From Planctomycetota bacterium (GTDB taxonomy: Bacteria; Planctomycetota; B15-G4), in assembly GCA_965248575.1 (NCBI GenBank), contig CBDFJQ010000002.1:2592001-2656000 (forward strand): a stretch of DNA of 64,000 nucleotides, written 5' to 3'. A program made the position numbers and the translations under genes. The notes under the pieces were generated by a model. It worked only from the letters and a program-made list of their open reading frames with translations, was not told the DNA's origin and did no database searches. Each line of letters begins with the position of its first letter. Position 1 is the stretch's first letter. Positions 53,511 to 63,541 of the stretch are shown piece by piece.

Positions 53511-53624
53511 GCACACCTCGACGGACGGATCGATTCCAACGAGGGGAAGACTACCCCCGATTTGGCGTCTGTCAGGCGGCCTGCCCGCGATGGGACGGGG
53601 CAAGCGCGAAGGCCTCTCAGGCCC

Positions 53625-56252
53625 TCACTCGTAGCGCATGACCTCTGAGAGCCGCAGCCGGTTTGCCCGGAAGGCGGGCAACAGCACGGCCAGCAGGGCG
53701 ATCAGGACGGCGCCCCCCAGCACGGCGCCCAACGAGCGCGGCGAGAGGTGGAAGACCAGGTCAAGGTGACTCACGGCAGTGAGGGCGCGCGCCGTGAGGA
53801 TCGCCAGGGGCACACCCAGGACCAGGCCGAGCACGCCGCCCAGCGCCCCCAAGGCACCCGACTCCAGGAGCAACATGCCGGCCACCTGCTGCCCCGTGAG
53901 CCCCACGGCCCGCAGCAGGCCGATCTCTCGACGCCGCTCCATGACGGCGATGACCATGGCATTGAGGATGCCCACGGCCGCGAGCAGAACCGTCAGCAGC
54001 AGGATGGCGTAGAAGATGGCGAAGTTGCGGTCGAGATCGGCGACGTAGGCGTCAGTGATCTCCTCACCGCGCCGGAACTCGAGCAGGTTGCCCTCACCCA
54101 GGATCCCCGCCGCCACGACCCGCAGCTCTTCGACACGTGCCTCGTCGAGCCCCGGCGACCAGGCCACGAAGTGATCCCCCAGGCCGGCGCTGTCCACGCA
54201 CCAGTAGTTGAGCATGTTCTCGGAGGAGACCACGCCGAACACCCGGTTGTCCGGCGCGAAGCCGTACTCGTCCGTCACCGCGAGGATCTCGAACTCCACC
54301 AGCCCGCTGGAGGCCGTGGCCAGACGCACGAAGTCCCGGGCCTGCTTGCCCAGGTCGTCCGCGCAACGGGTGCTCAGGATGATCGTCCGTTCTTCCTGGA
54401 AGGCCGCCCGCTCCCGGTGCTGGCGCGCCATGGAACCCACGCTGAGCTGGCGCGATTCGAGACCTCGGATCAGGAACGAGCTGGTCACCTGCGCGTTGAG
54501 CGCCAGCAACGTCTGGAACTCCGGCTCGGCGTCCCGCAGCTCCGGCAGCTTCCGCGCACCCGCCGGGCTCGTCTTGATGAACAGCCGGTCAGCTAGTGCC
54601 CGCGCACCGAAGTCACGTGTCTCCGACTTCAGGCTCTCCAGCACGGAGGCGATCAAGAAGACCGCGGTGAACACCAACATCAGGCCCGACACGGTGCCGA
54701 AGACGCGGTGCCTGGAGGCCGAGAGGGTGGCCCGGGTCAAACGTGCCGCAACTCCCCGGAAGGGCAAGGTGAAGAAGGTGGCCAGGGCCGAGAGCAAGCC
54801 GGGCGCGAGCAGCAGCAGCGCGAAGGTGCCACCCACCAGGCCGAAGGCCATGAGCAGCGCTTCGTAGAGCGGCGTGGGCACGTACTCACCCGCGGGTGCA
54901 CCCACGATCCAGGCCACGGGCACCAGGGCCAGCAGGCCGGCGAGCACCGAACGTCGCACGCCGGTGAAGGGGTCCCGGGAGAGTTCGATGACACCGCGCC
55001 GCAAGGCGTCGATGACCGAGAGACGGGAGGCGCGCAGGAACGGGTAGAGCACGCCAGCCAAGCAGAAGACCACGCCCGCGGTGAGTACGGCCAGCACGGG
55101 AATGATGGGCCACTCGCTGATCACCAAAGGCTTGCCGAAGCCCAGCGTGGTGATCTGCATGTCCACCATGAAGTCGATGATGACGCGCGCCAGCAGGAGT
55201 GCGAGCGCCGCCCCCATGAGGGCCAGCACCAGACCTTCCAGGATGAACACAGCGCCGAGCCGGGTACGTGTCAGGCCCAGGGCCCGCAGCAGGCCGATGG
55301 ACCGCACCCGTTCCACGAGCGACATCGACATGGTGTTGAAGATGATGTACAGCCCGAGGAAGAGCGCCAGGAATCCGCAAAAGCGCACCCCGCTGCGGAA
55401 GGCCTTTTCCTCGGGGGCGAGCCCCGCCAACGACTGTTTCGGGGCTGTGACCACGAAGCGATTGCTGAGGGAGCGCTGGATGGTTGGCAGGTCGGTGGAC
55501 CCAGAGTCGAAGTCCGCCCAGAAGCGGACATTGGCCCGGTTGCCCAGGGCCTCAAACCCACGCTCGAAAGTCGTCAGGGCGCGGTTGCCCGAGAAGCCGA
55601 GGCGCGTCGGCGCCAGGATGCCCACCACCTCGAAGGGCCAACTGGACGCTTCGAGGTCGGCTTGCGGAGCCTGCCGACCGCGACCCGCCTTGCCGCCGCG
55701 CACGGGTTCCGACACCAGCTCGCCGTCCACGCAATGGATGCGCGGCGCACGATTCCGGGACGGCGGGCGCAGCTCGACGGTGTCACCCACCACCAGGCCC
55801 GTGCGCTCGGCGATGCTGGCACCCAGGAGCAGCTGCGGGCTGTTGGACCCATGGTCCAGGTCGCGCCCCTCGGCCACGATGTATGCCCCGTGATAGGTGG
55901 CTGCACCCGGCTCCACTCCCATGAGCTCCAGGCCCGGACCCTCCTTGCCCTTGGAGTAGACCGAGAGGTTGCCGCTGGCGAAGGCCGTCACGCCGCTCAG
56001 CTGGGCGCGGGTCGTGAGATCTTCCCGTGCCCGCTCCAGGTCCAGGGGCGAGCTGAGGTCCGGTTGGATCAGCAGGTCCGCGTCCGCGTTCAGCTTGGGC
56101 TTGCTTGAGCCTTGGGTCAGCAGGGTGTTGTGGTCAACCACCAGCACCGAGACCACCGTGGCGATACCCACAGCGATACCGAGCACCGAGGCCAGCGTCT
56201 TGCCCGGCCGGAAAGCCAGCTGCCGCCAGGCCATGAGCAGGGTGAAGTGCAC
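53625..56252 (-). CDS. ABC transporter permease, MacB/FtsX family (two FtsX domains)
   Basis: LGIAVGIA, NTMSMSLVERVRSIGLLRALG, ERRREIGLLRAVG, ends MRYE. Confidence 0.9.
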   Translation of the reverse strand: MHFTLLMAWRQLAFRPGKTLASVLGIAVGIATVVSVLVVDHNTLLTQGSSKPKLNADADLLIQPDLSSPLDLERAREDLTTRAQLSGVTAFASGNLSVYSKGKEGPGLELMGVEPGAATYHGAYIVAEGRDLDHGSNSPQLLLGASIAERTGLVVGDTVELRPPSRNRAPRIHCVDGELVSEPVRGGKAGRGRQAPQADLEASSWPFEVVGILAPTRLGFSGNRALTTFERGFEALGNRANVRFWADFDSGSTDLPTIQRSLSNRFVVTAPKQSLAGLAPEEKAFRSGVRFCGFLALFLGLYIIFNTMSMSLVERVRSIGLLRALGLTRTRLGAVFILEGLVLALMGAALALLLARVIIDFMVDMQITTLGFGKPLVISEWPIIPVLAVLTAGVVFCLAGVLYPFLRASRLSVIDALRRGVIELSRDPFTGVRRSVLAGLLALVPVAWIVGAPAGEYVPTPLYEALLMAFGLVGGTFALLLLAPGLLSALATFFTLPFRGVAARLTRATLSASRHRVFGTVSGLMLVFTAVFLIASVLESLKSETRDFGARALADRLFIKTSPAGARKLPELRDAEPEFQTLLALNAQVTSSFLIRGLESRQLSVGSMARQHRERAAFQEERTIILSTRCADDLGKQARDFVRLATASSGLVEFEILAVTDEYGFAPDNRVFGVVSSENMLNYWCVDSAGLGDHFVAWSPGLDEARVEELRVVAAGILGEGNLLEFRRGEEITDAYVADLDRNFAIFYAILLLTVLLAAVGILNAMVIAVMERRREIGLLRAVGLTGQQVAGMLLLESGALGALGGVLGLVLGVPLAILTARALTAVSHLDLVFHLSPRSLGAVLGGAVLIALLAVLLPAFRANRLRLSEVMRYE

Positions 56253-56253
56253 C

Positions 56254-57111
56254 TCAGATACCCAGGGAGGTCAGGGAGTGAGCGATGCCTTCGGGAGTGA
56301 CGGCTTCGCCTTCCAGGCGGTACTCCTCGTGCAGCTCGCCGTCCTTGAGGAAGTGCACCTCGTCGGAGAAGGCAGCGTCCCGGGGGTTGTGGGTCACCAG
56401 CAGGATGGTCTGGCCCAACTCGTCGCAGGAGGTCCGGAACAACTTCATGACCTCTTCGCCGGCCGAGGTGCTGATGTTGCCCGTGGGCTCGTCGGCCATG
56501 ACGATCGTGGGGCGCGAGATGAGTGCCCGCGCGATGGACGTGCGCTGCATCTCGCCACCGCTCAACTGGTGCGGATAGCTGGCCAGCTTGCCCTCGAGGT
56601 CGAAGGCCTTCACCAGCTCGGCAAAGTGCTGCTCCCCCGCTTCGCCACCGGCTTCTTCACCGCCAGCGCCAATCATCAGCGGCAGCTTGATGTTCTCGGC
56701 CACCGTGAGATTCGGGATCAGGTTGTAGAACTGGAACACGAAGCCGATGGTGTCGCGCCGCAGCAGGGTGCGTTTGCGCTCGGAGATGTCGTACAGGTCC
56801 TTGCCTGCCAGCATCACGGTGCCACCCGACGGCGGCTCCAGACCCGAGACGATGTGCAGCAGGGTGGACTTGCCGGAACCCGACGGGCCCATGATGGTCA
56901 CCAGCTTGCCGCGCGGCACGCTGAAGCTCACCTCGCGCACCACGGCGAACTTGCCGGCAGCCGTGCCAAAGAACTTGTAGACGTCCTCGGTAGACAGCAC
57001 ATCGTCCGTGCTGCTGCCAGCGCCCCCCCCGGCGCCCGTCCCCGGGTCGGCTGCGGCCTCTGCCTTGCTCGCGCCGAATTCGCCCTTGGCCACGCTCTCG
57101 GAGTCGGTCAT
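56254..57111 (-). CDS. ABC transporter ATP-binding protein, LolD/MacB family
   Basis: GPSGSGKST, GFVFQFYNL, LSGGE, ADEPTGN, VTHN. Confidence 0.93.
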   Translation of the reverse strand: MTDSESVAKGEFGASKAEAAADPGTGAGGGAGSSTDDVLSTEDVYKFFGTAAGKFAVVREVSFSVPRGKLVTIMGPSGSGKSTLLHIVSGLEPPSGGTVMLAGKDLYDISERKRTLLRRDTIGFVFQFYNLIPNLTVAENIKLPLMIGAGGEEAGGEAGEQHFAELVKAFDLEGKLASYPHQLSGGEMQRTSIARALISRPTIVMADEPTGNISTSAGEEVMKLFRTSCDELGQTILLVTHNPRDAAFSDEVHFLKDGELHEEYRLEGEAVTPEGIAHSLTSLGI

Positions 57112-57116
57112 GGCGC

Positions 57117-59897
57117 TCAGGAACCGCCGCCGGAGTCACCCGGTTGCGGGGAATCCCAGAGTTCCGTCCAGTCCCCCACGGTCGAACCTTCCCGCTGGGC
57201 CAACTCCTGGATAGCGCTACGGCTCACGACGACCTCCTCCATGGCGGTTTCGGAAAGGACCTTGCCCACAGCCTCAATGATGGCCGGCGCATCAATCTTC
57301 TGGTAGCCGAAGACCTGGTCGGGTCGACCACACTTGGAGAACTTGCGCACGGCGAGGGCCTCATGTCGCACGCCCAGGACGCTGCCGATGTTGTCGAGCA
57401 AGCCTGCCTCGCCATCGTGCACAGAAACCACCGGCACGCGGCGACCTGCCAGGGTCACCAGCTCCGCCCCGGAATCGATGGGCTCCTGCAGTCCCAGGTG
57501 CAAGTGGCTGTCGAGCCCGAGCCCCTGGCGCAGATGCTGGAAGTCGTTCTCTGCGGCGAGGATCCCCAACAGCAGGTCAGGCGAAGACACAGCGATCAAG
57601 TTGACGTAGACGCCTTCGCCGCGCAGCAGGTCGGACGCCTCCAAGGCCTCCGGCGCCACGGCGCCCATCACGAACAGGTTCACGACGTTGACGCCCGGCT
57701 CGTAGTCGGGCTGCCCGCGGAAGTCCACCAGGTGGTACGCACCGGACAGGCAGTCGTGGCGCGCGGCCTCGAGAATCAACTCGTCACCCAGTGGCTGGGA
57801 CTCGAGATCGGCCGGGTTGGTACGGAAACGCGGGTGACGACGCAGGCGCTTCACGAGCTCCTTCTGCTCCACACCGCGCGTCACGGCGCGAATCAGGATG
57901 CCGCGCCGACCATCGTTCTCATCGGCGAAGTGACGCCGGATGGACTCACACAAGATCCAATCCATCTCGATGCTGAAGATGGGCTCCCAGGTGATGAGAT
58001 TGGGGATCTGGATGTCCGACTTCCAACTGTGCTGCGCGCCTTCCGACGACAGCGAGACACCCGAAGGTGTCCCCAGGATCACGAACTCCGCACCCCAGTA
58101 GAGGCTGTAGAACAGCTGGTCGAGGGCACGTTTGATGAAGAAGTCGTAGACCGTCATGATCGGAAAGAAGGGCACGCCCGCGTAGTGGCCCATCATCCCG
58201 AAGGAGCCCACGGCCGACATGCAGTTGGCTTCCGCGATCTCGAAGCGGATGTGCCGGGTCCAGGGTTCGCTCGTGGGCAGCAGCGCCGGGCGCTTCTTGT
58301 TGTGTCCCGTACGCACCTCGATCTCGGCCGACTCCTGCTCGCCCTCGCCGTGCACGCCGTACACCTTCTCGTCCATGACCGGGTTGAGCTGAGTCGACGT
58401 GCCCACATCGGGGCTCATGGTCAGGATGAAGTCAGCAGAGGCTTCCCACTGGCGTTCCTTGTCCGTGAGATCGGGGATCCCGTGGCCTTCTTCACGCCGG
58501 ATCTCGGCCGATGTGCCGATGCGAACCAACTTGGCGGCCAGCTGGCCCCACATCCACTGGGTGTGTGCGCGGGGAAACAGCTTGGTGCCGATGTCGAGGC
58601 TGGCGGGCACGCCGCCCACGTCCTCGATGTGCTGGCGCACCACGGCGCGGTTCTTGTCGCGCCAAGCCCGGTCGGACTGGATCACCTTGCGGAATTCCTT
58701 GCTCTTGGCTGCAAGCAACTTGGCTTCCGCCGTCTTGGCCGCAAAGGGTGCGAAAGGACGCTCGGGGGTCAGCCCCTCGTCCTCTAGCAGCTGATGGATC
58801 TCCGATTCCTTCGGGAGCTCGCTGTGGTTGCCGGGGGCGGCGTACATGTCGAGCCCCCAACCCTTCACGGTGTGTACCACCATCAGCGACGGACGGTCCT
58901 TGTCCTTCTTGCTCTGCTCGAGCGCCTTTACCAGGACATCGGTGTCGTGGCCGCCGAGGTCGCAGAGCAGGGTTTCCAGCTGCCCGTCGTCCAGGGAGTC
59001 CACCAGCGGCTTGCACTTCTTGTCGCGGCTGATGAGCAATTTGCGCGTGTCGTCCATCACGCGCAGCAGGAGGTGCCCCTGCAGCTCGTAGTCGCTGAGG
59101 CCTTCCTCGAGCACCTTGCGCAGGGCTGCGCCGCCCGGCTTCTTGAAGGCGGCCAAACGCTTGCGACCGTGACGCACCTGGATCACTTCCCACCCATTGG
59201 CCACACCCATGGCCTCGATACGGTGGGCATCGGTGCCGTGCAGACCGTGCATGTTGGGCATGCGCGCGCCGTCGAGGTTCTGGCGGTTGTAGTCGATGAT
59301 CCAGGTCAGGTTGCCCAGACCCCGCTCGGCGAAGTCCGGCATCGCTTCCATCAAGCTGCCTTCGCGCAGCTCGCTGTCACCGATGAGCGACCAGAAGTGG
59401 AGGTCCGTCGGCACCTCGGGCACTTCCACCTTGTGGTCCTTGGCATAGCGATACGCCAAGGCGAGATAGCCGGAGGCCACGGGCGGGATCCCGACGCTGC
59501 CGGACGGCAAGAAGTGCCAACTGTCCGGGTCGAAGCGCGAGTGATAACTCTGGAAGACCGGCTCGCCATTCTCGGAGAACTTGCGCAAGCCGTGCAGCGC
59601 CTGCTCGATCTCCGCCTGGCTGAACCACTCGCCCTGCTTGGGATGACGGTAGAGCTGCATCATCCCGTTCAGCACGTGATCCAAGGGCGCCGCGTGCGGT
59701 TTGCAGCACACGAAGTCATGACCCGTCCGCACCTTGCAATGAAGGGCCGTGAGGATGTGCGCTGAACTGGCACACGACGCCGGGTGGCCACCCACCTTCG
59801 GATCCGTTTTGCGGGCATCCGGACGGTGGTTGGCGATGTGGATCATCGCTGCCGTCTGGATCGTGGCCCGCCGGGCGATACGGTCGAGCGTCGACAT
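57117..59897 (-). CDS. aceE: Pyruvate dehydrogenase E1, homodimeric AceE-like (TPP-dependent)
   Basis: KVGGHPAS, FQSYH, GSVG, GDSELREG...DYNRQNLDG, IAEAN, YDFF..R, EGAQH. Confidence 0.8.
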   Translation of the reverse strand: MSTLDRIARRATIQTAAMIHIANHRPDARKTDPKVGGHPASCASSAHILTALHCKVRTGHDFVCCKPHAAPLDHVLNGMMQLYRHPKQGEWFSQAEIEQALHGLRKFSENGEPVFQSYHSRFDPDSWHFLPSGSVGIPPVASGYLALAYRYAKDHKVEVPEVPTDLHFWSLIGDSELREGSLMEAMPDFAERGLGNLTWIIDYNRQNLDGARMPNMHGLHGTDAHRIEAMGVANGWEVIQVRHGRKRLAAFKKPGGAALRKVLEEGLSDYELQGHLLLRVMDDTRKLLISRDKKCKPLVDSLDDGQLETLLCDLGGHDTDVLVKALEQSKKDKDRPSLMVVHTVKGWGLDMYAAPGNHSELPKESEIHQLLEDEGLTPERPFAPFAAKTAEAKLLAAKSKEFRKVIQSDRAWRDKNRAVVRQHIEDVGGVPASLDIGTKLFPRAHTQWMWGQLAAKLVRIGTSAEIRREEGHGIPDLTDKERQWEASADFILTMSPDVGTSTQLNPVMDEKVYGVHGEGEQESAEIEVRTGHNKKRPALLPTSEPWTRHIRFEIAEANCMSAVGSFGMMGHYAGVPFFPIMTVYDFFIKRALDQLFYSLYWGAEFVILGTPSGVSLSSEGAQHSWKSDIQIPNLITWEPIFSIEMDWILCESIRRHFADENDGRRGILIRAVTRGVEQKELVKRLRRHPRFRTNPADLESQPLGDELILEAARHDCLSGAYHLVDFRGQPDYEPGVNVVNLFVMGAVAPEALEASDLLRGEGVYVNLIAVSSPDLLLGILAAENDFQHLRQGLGLDSHLHLGLQEPIDSGAELVTLAGRRVPVVSVHDGEAGLLDNIGSVLGVRHEALAVRKFSKCGRPDQVFGYQKIDAPAIIEAVGKVLSETAMEEVVVSRSAIQELAQREGSTVGDWTELWDSPQPGDSGGGS

Positions 59898-60892
59898 CAG
59901 CCGAGCAGGTCCGCGATGACAGAGCGCTCGTGCTCGAGCTCTGCGACGGAGGCTGCCAGCTTCTCCTGGCCGAAGTCAGACAGCTCGACACCCTGCACGA
60001 TGCTGTAGGCACCGGACGCGTCGACGCTGACCGGGAAGGAAGAGATGAGACCTTCTGGAACGCCATAGCTGCCGTCGCTGCACACCGCGACCGAATGCCA
60101 GTCGCCCGCAGGTGTCGGGTTGATCAAGGCGCTCACGTGGTCCACGAGCCCGTTGGCTGCGGACAGTGCGGAGGAGAGCCCGCGCGCCTTGATGATGGCG
60201 GCACCGCGCTGCTGGACCGTCTTGATGAACTCGCCTTCAAGCCAGATGCGATCCGGAATGGCATCCGTCGCTGCCCGGCCACCGATCTTCGCGTTCTCGA
60301 AGTCGGGGTATTGCGTGGCGCTGTGGTTGCCCCAGATCGTCAGGTTCGTGACCTGCGTGTGGTGCACGCCCGCCTTGTTGGCGAGCTGGGCCTTGGCCCG
60401 GTTCTCATCCAAGCGGGTCATGGCGGTGAAGTTCGTGCGCGGCCGGCCCGGAGCGTTGGCCGACGCGATCAGCGCGTTGGTGTTGCAGGGATTGCCAACC
60501 ACCACCGTGCGGCAGTTGCTCGCCGCGTGGTCGTTGATGGCCTTGCCTTGGCCAGTAAAGATGGGGCCGTTGCCTTCGATCAGGTCGTTGCGCTCCATGC
60601 CGGCGCCACGCGGCTTGGCCCCCACGAGCAGCGCCCAGTTCACACCCCGGAAGCCGTCATCGAGGTCCGAGGTGAGCACCATGTCCTGCAAGAGCGGGAA
60701 GGCGCAGTCCTCGAGCTCCATGGCCACACCCTTGAGGGCCGCCATGGGCTTCTCCGCGGGGACCTCGATCATGTGCAGGATGACCGGCTGATCGGGGCCG
60801 AACATCTGCCCGGAGGCGATGCGAGGCAGGAGGGCATATCCGATCTGGCCAGCGGCACCGGTGACGGCGACGCGAATGGGTGTGGTGGTCAC
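59897..60892 (-). CDS. mdh: Malate dehydrogenase (cytosolic-type)
   Basis: [57 protein letters not shown]. Confidence 0.96.
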   Translation of the reverse strand: MTTTPIRVAVTGAAGQIGYALLPRIASGQMFGPDQPVILHMIEVPAEKPMAALKGVAMELEDCAFPLLQDMVLTSDLDDGFRGVNWALLVGAKPRGAGMERNDLIEGNGPIFTGQGKAINDHAASNCRTVVVGNPCNTNALIASANAPGRPRTNFTAMTRLDENRAKAQLANKAGVHHTQVTNLTIWGNHSATQYPDFENAKIGGRAATDAIPDRIWLEGEFIKTVQQRGAAIIKARGLSSALSAANGLVDHVSALINPTPAGDWHSVAVCSDGSYGVPEGLISSFPVSVDASGAYSIVQGVELSDFGQEKLAASVAELEHERSVIADLLG

Positions 60893-60983
60893 GTTTCAAA
60901 GCTCCGTTGGGCGAAGCCGCCATTGTCATCAATCCATGTGCACTCATGCCAGCACTGACGGGCCGTTCGACGCACACAGCCGA

Positions 60984-60989
60984 TATGAT
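60984..60989 (+). promoter_or_regulatory. Putative -10 element TATGAT, 7 nt before ATG 60997 (leaderless geometry)
   Basis: TATGAT-ccaagac-ATG. Confidence 0.45.
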
Positions 60990-60996
60990 CCAAGAC

Positions 60997-63432
60997 ATGC
61001 CCTGCTGCGCGCCGTCTCCCACCCTGCCCTCCCGCCACAAACCGTGGCGGGCCCACGCTTTCTGGCGGGGCGCGGCCGAGGCCTGGTGCCTTGCCCTGCA
61101 GCGGGCGCTCCCCTCGACGCTGCAGCCGGTCCTGTTGCCGGCCCTGTTGACCGTGCTGCTCACGGCCTGTGGCGGCCAGGGCGCCGATGGAGGGGCGCAG
61201 GCAGGCGACTCTCCGGAGCGCTTTGCCGTGCTCGGACGTAACCTCAGCTGGGAACGTCTGGGCGAGGCCGCACCACCCCTGACCCTGGCGTGGACGGCGG
61301 AATCAGGTCTCGAGCAGTGGATTCAGGAATTTGGGCTCGAGAGCGCGAACTCGCCGACCTCTGCCCAGCAGTCTCCTGTGCCACGGCTCATCCGGCCCGA
61401 CGGCCGAGGCAAGGTCTGGCTCGACAGCCCGCTCGGGGCCGAACTGGCCACCGATGTCCTGCATTGGCTCACCCTTCGCGGCCAGACTCAGGGCGAGATG
61501 ACGCTCCATCTGCAGTGGCGGGCCGAGGGGGAGGACTTCTCCGACCAGCGGGCCAGCTCCCCCATGACCCTCACCGCCTCGGAGCAGAGCCAGACCTGGA
61601 GCGTGCCCTTGTCCAGCTTGCGGGGCGCCCTCTCCGCCGGGGATGTGTCGGAGGGGGTGGCCCAGTTCCGGCTGCTGTTCCAAGGCCGCGGCAGCTCGTT
61701 GAGCCTCGAATCCGTGGTGCTCTCGTCCGACTTCGACACCCCTTTCACGAGCCCGGTCCCCACCCTGCGACTTGCCCAGCGCGGTGTGTTGAGGGATGGC
61801 GTCATCCTGCGCGGGGCAGGCAGCCTGCGGGCAGACTGGACGCCAGCACCTCGGGAACGGCTGCGACTGAGCCTGGCCCTGGCCGGCGCGACAGAAGCGG
61901 TGGAGGTGGTCTTGCGAGACGCGGCCGGGCTGCTTCCTGCGCGACGCTTGCGCTGCGAGCCCGGTGCGGAATGGCAGGACGTCGCCATCGACCTTTCAGC
62001 CCTGAACGGCGCGAGCACGCAGCTGGTGCTGGAGCTGTCGCCCCACGGCAATCCCCTCACGACGCTGTTCGTGGGCAGCGTGCTGCGCATGGCACCGGAC
62101 CCGCAGCCCTTGCCCAACGTCATCGTCTATCTGGAAGACACGCTGCGGGCAGACCACCTCGGCAGCTACGGACACAGCCTGCCGACCGACCCGCATCTGC
62201 AACGCATGGCCCAGGCCGGAACACTCTTCGAGCAGACCTTCGCCGCCTCCAGTTGGACCCGGCCCGCGGTGAGCACGCTGCACACCTCCCTCGACCCCTT
62301 CGCCCACGGCAATGTGACGCACAACCGCAAGGTCTCCCTCGCAGCCGACACCTTGGCGGAATCCCTGGCCCAAGCGGGTTATCTCACGGCCTCCTTCGTG
62401 ACCAACTACCACGGCGGGACCTGGTCCGGCCTCGATCAGGGTTTCGACATGGCGCGCGAACCCACCGCCAATCAAACCACCCAGGTCAAGAGCACCCTCA
62501 CCTCCGCAGCCATCGCCGACTCCCTCGACGCTTACCTCATGGCCCACGCGGACGAACGGTTGTTCGTCTTCGTCCACAGCCTCGACCCCCACCAACCCTT
62601 CGAGCCGGAGAGCGACGACCTCTACACCATGACCCGTCGCGCGCCCGCAGCGCCTAGTGATCCCGTGGCCAGGGAACTGGCCGACCTGGCGCTGCGCTAC
62701 GACAGCGAGATCCTGCACAACGACCGCTTCCTGGAGCGCCTCGACAGCACGCTCGAGAGCTTGGGGCAGGCCGAAAGCACCGTGTTCGTGTTCACCTCCG
62801 ACCACGGCGAGGCTTTCGGCGAACACGGGCAGCGTCACCACCGCCAATCGTTGTTCCAGGAAGAGCTGCACGTGCCGTGGCTCCTGCGTTGGCCCAAGCG
62901 GATCGCTGCCGGCCGACGCGTGGACGCCTGGGCCGGGCACCTCGACCTGGCCCCCACTCTGCTGGGGTTGCTGGAATTGCAGGCCCCGCAGAGCTGGCAG
63001 GGTCGAGACCTCTCACCCCTGGTGCTTCCCCCGGACCCCGACGCGAGCTCCCGCAGCGCTGCCAGCCAGACGGGCCTGGACCTCGGGCGCCCGGTGCTCT
63101 CCCACTTCGTGGAAGAAGACGACCGCACGGAGTGGATGGTGGTGGCCCGAGCTCCCTACAAGCTGCTGCTGCCCTTGGGGCCAGACGGCCAGACTCCGGG
63201 AGCTCCGCGCCTCGTCCACCTGGGCGATGACCCCCTGGAAAAGGGGCTCAGCCTGGAGGCCGGCCAGCTCCAGGAAGAGCTCAGCGAAGCCGAGCGCAGC
63301 GCCCGCGATGCCCTGCTGCAGTGGGCTCTGCGCACCATGGGCGAAAGCCGGGCCTCCGCGTTGCAGGGCGAGTCCGAAGCCATGGATCCAGCGCTTCAGC
63401 AATGGATGCGGGAGATGGGCTACCTGAAGTAG
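60997..63432 (+). CDS. Sulfatase-fold lipoprotein with Thr at the nucleophile position
   Basis: Lipobox LLTAC; EDTLRAD, SWTRPAVSTLHTS, DPHQP, SDHGE, HVPW; ends MREMGYLK. Start uncertain. Confidence 0.85.
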   Translation: MPCCAPSPTLPSRHKPWRAHAFWRGAAEAWCLALQRALPSTLQPVLLPALLTVLLTACGGQGADGGAQAGDSPERFAVLGRNLSWERLGEAAPPLTLAWTAESGLEQWIQEFGLESANSPTSAQQSPVPRLIRPDGRGKVWLDSPLGAELATDVLHWLTLRGQTQGEMTLHLQWRAEGEDFSDQRASSPMTLTASEQSQTWSVPLSSLRGALSAGDVSEGVAQFRLLFQGRGSSLSLESVVLSSDFDTPFTSPVPTLRLAQRGVLRDGVILRGAGSLRADWTPAPRERLRLSLALAGATEAVEVVLRDAAGLLPARRLRCEPGAEWQDVAIDLSALNGASTQLVLELSPHGNPLTTLFVGSVLRMAPDPQPLPNVIVYLEDTLRADHLGSYGHSLPTDPHLQRMAQAGTLFEQTFAASSWTRPAVSTLHTSLDPFAHGNVTHNRKVSLAADTLAESLAQAGYLTASFVTNYHGGTWSGLDQGFDMAREPTANQTTQVKSTLTSAAIADSLDAYLMAHADERLFVFVHSLDPHQPFEPESDDLYTMTRRAPAAPSDPVARELADLALRYDSEILHNDRFLERLDSTLESLGQAESTVFVFTSDHGEAFGEHGQRHHRQSLFQEELHVPWLLRWPKRIAAGRRVDAWAGHLDLAPTLLGLLELQAPQSWQGRDLSPLVLPPDPDASSRSAASQTGLDLGRPVLSHFVEEDDRTEWMVVARAPYKLLLPLGPDGQTPGAPRLVHLGDDPLEKGLSLEAGQLQEELSEAERSARDALLQWALRTMGESRASALQGESEAMDPALQQWMREMGYLK

Positions 63433-63541
63433 CCCGGGCTCGCGGGGATTTGGGGCTCAGCCGTGGAATACTGTGCAACCTCGCGTACATCGCAACATCC
63501 CATGCTGGCCAGCCCGTAGGTCTCCGCCGGAAGCTCCAACC

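Noticed and set aside
51309..53648. 779-aa plus-strand ORF
   Set aside because: Off-frame or antisense overlap of two better-supported genes; Arg/Gly/Ala-rich with no domain.
60880..60996. Extended N-termini in the ORF track (also rmuC, yjbQ, molybdoenzyme, glcE, PPIase, thyA)
   Set aside because: Most extensions overlap neighbouring genes or promoter boxes and lack family motifs, so downstream starts were chosen.
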